Shown here piece by piece: positions 63,226-64,000 of a DNA stretch of 64,000 bases (positions are counted from its first letter, which is position 1; every line of letters starts with the position of its first letter). The translations under genes and the position numbers were made by a program. The notes under the pieces were generated by a model. That model was not told the origin of the DNA. It searched no databases and saw only the letters and a program-made list of their open reading frames with translations. This stretch comes from Chrysomallon squamiferum. Lineage: Eukaryota > Animalia > Mollusca. The stretch is taken from assembly GCA_012295275.1 (NCBI GenBank), contig CM022665.1:25172001-25236000 (forward strand). The letters run 5' to 3'.

Positions 63226-63605
63226 CCATGTCGTGACAAAGTATCTACGTAACCTGCGATGGCTAATATTCGTCGCTATAAAAATAATTATCGTGAGAGA
63301 TTTTACTAAGCAAATACTGTTACCGAAAACGTACCGTACCATGCAATATCAAACAACACTGCGTCGTATAATTTCGTTTGTTATTCCATATATAATTATT
63401 ATTCATTGCACTTTTTTGCTGCGTCAGTCGACATGATAACGTATCATATTCGTAAAACAATACAGCAAAACATGGCATTTAATCGATTAAATATTGATCG
63501 TCAGTTTGTAAAGAAATATAAGGAAACTATATTCTTATTTTTGTTCTCTTTTTAACTCCTAAAATCATTAATGCGATACGTTTTCTTTCTTTATTTTTTT
63601 TTTTC

Positions 63606-63664
<59 letters not shown>

Positions 63665-64000
63665 TTCAAAGAAAATTAATAGTAATGAGAAAGTGTACCA
63701 GGAAAAAGTGTATAGACTTACTTCGTTCACAGACGCCGTTTTACAAGAATTAGCGCAGATGTTCAGTTTCTAATGTTCTAATTCAACCTTTCTTTCTTTT
63801 TTTTCCTAACAGCAAAAGCTGTTATTTTATTATGACGTATTTGTTTCCACGCATAAATATTTCTTTGTATGTAAATGATACTTTTACATTTACATCTAGG
63901 AATACAAGTATATATTAGATGCATATAAAAGAAACATATATTTATATATATATATGTATATGCATATTTATATATGCATATATATATATGTATGTATATA

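Overview
This is AT-rich, microsatellite-dense eukaryotic DNA, probably an invertebrate (mollusc-like by composition, which is an inference). One protein-coding gene can be reconstructed by hand: a 10-exon minus-strand class I bHLH-PAS transcription factor of the NPAS4/dysfusion family. Its CDS joins 31303-31248, 30703-30537, 30024-29969, 26964-26875, 24953-24771, 18297-18107, 17462-17356, 17000-16844, 16584-15173 and 14614-14583, giving 2451 nt = 816 aa plus stop, with all introns GT-AG and phase-consistent. A compact CCAAT / palindromic E-box / TATA-like promoter lies about 160-200 bp upstream of the ATG. The introns and the ~32 kb apparently gene-free upstream region carry five perfect CRE palindromes and clusters of half-CRE, AP-1 and E-box sites, which suggests an immediate-early, activity-inducible locus like vertebrate Npas4. 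Other structures are a 21-copy 56-bp minisatellite with ordered variants, a perfect 116-bp AT-rich palindrome, a 101-bp intronic direct repeat, a TSD-flanked retroelement tail, compound CT repeats and a CpG-depletion boundary near 2.6 kb. Almost all ORFs in the supplied track are simple-repeat artefacts.
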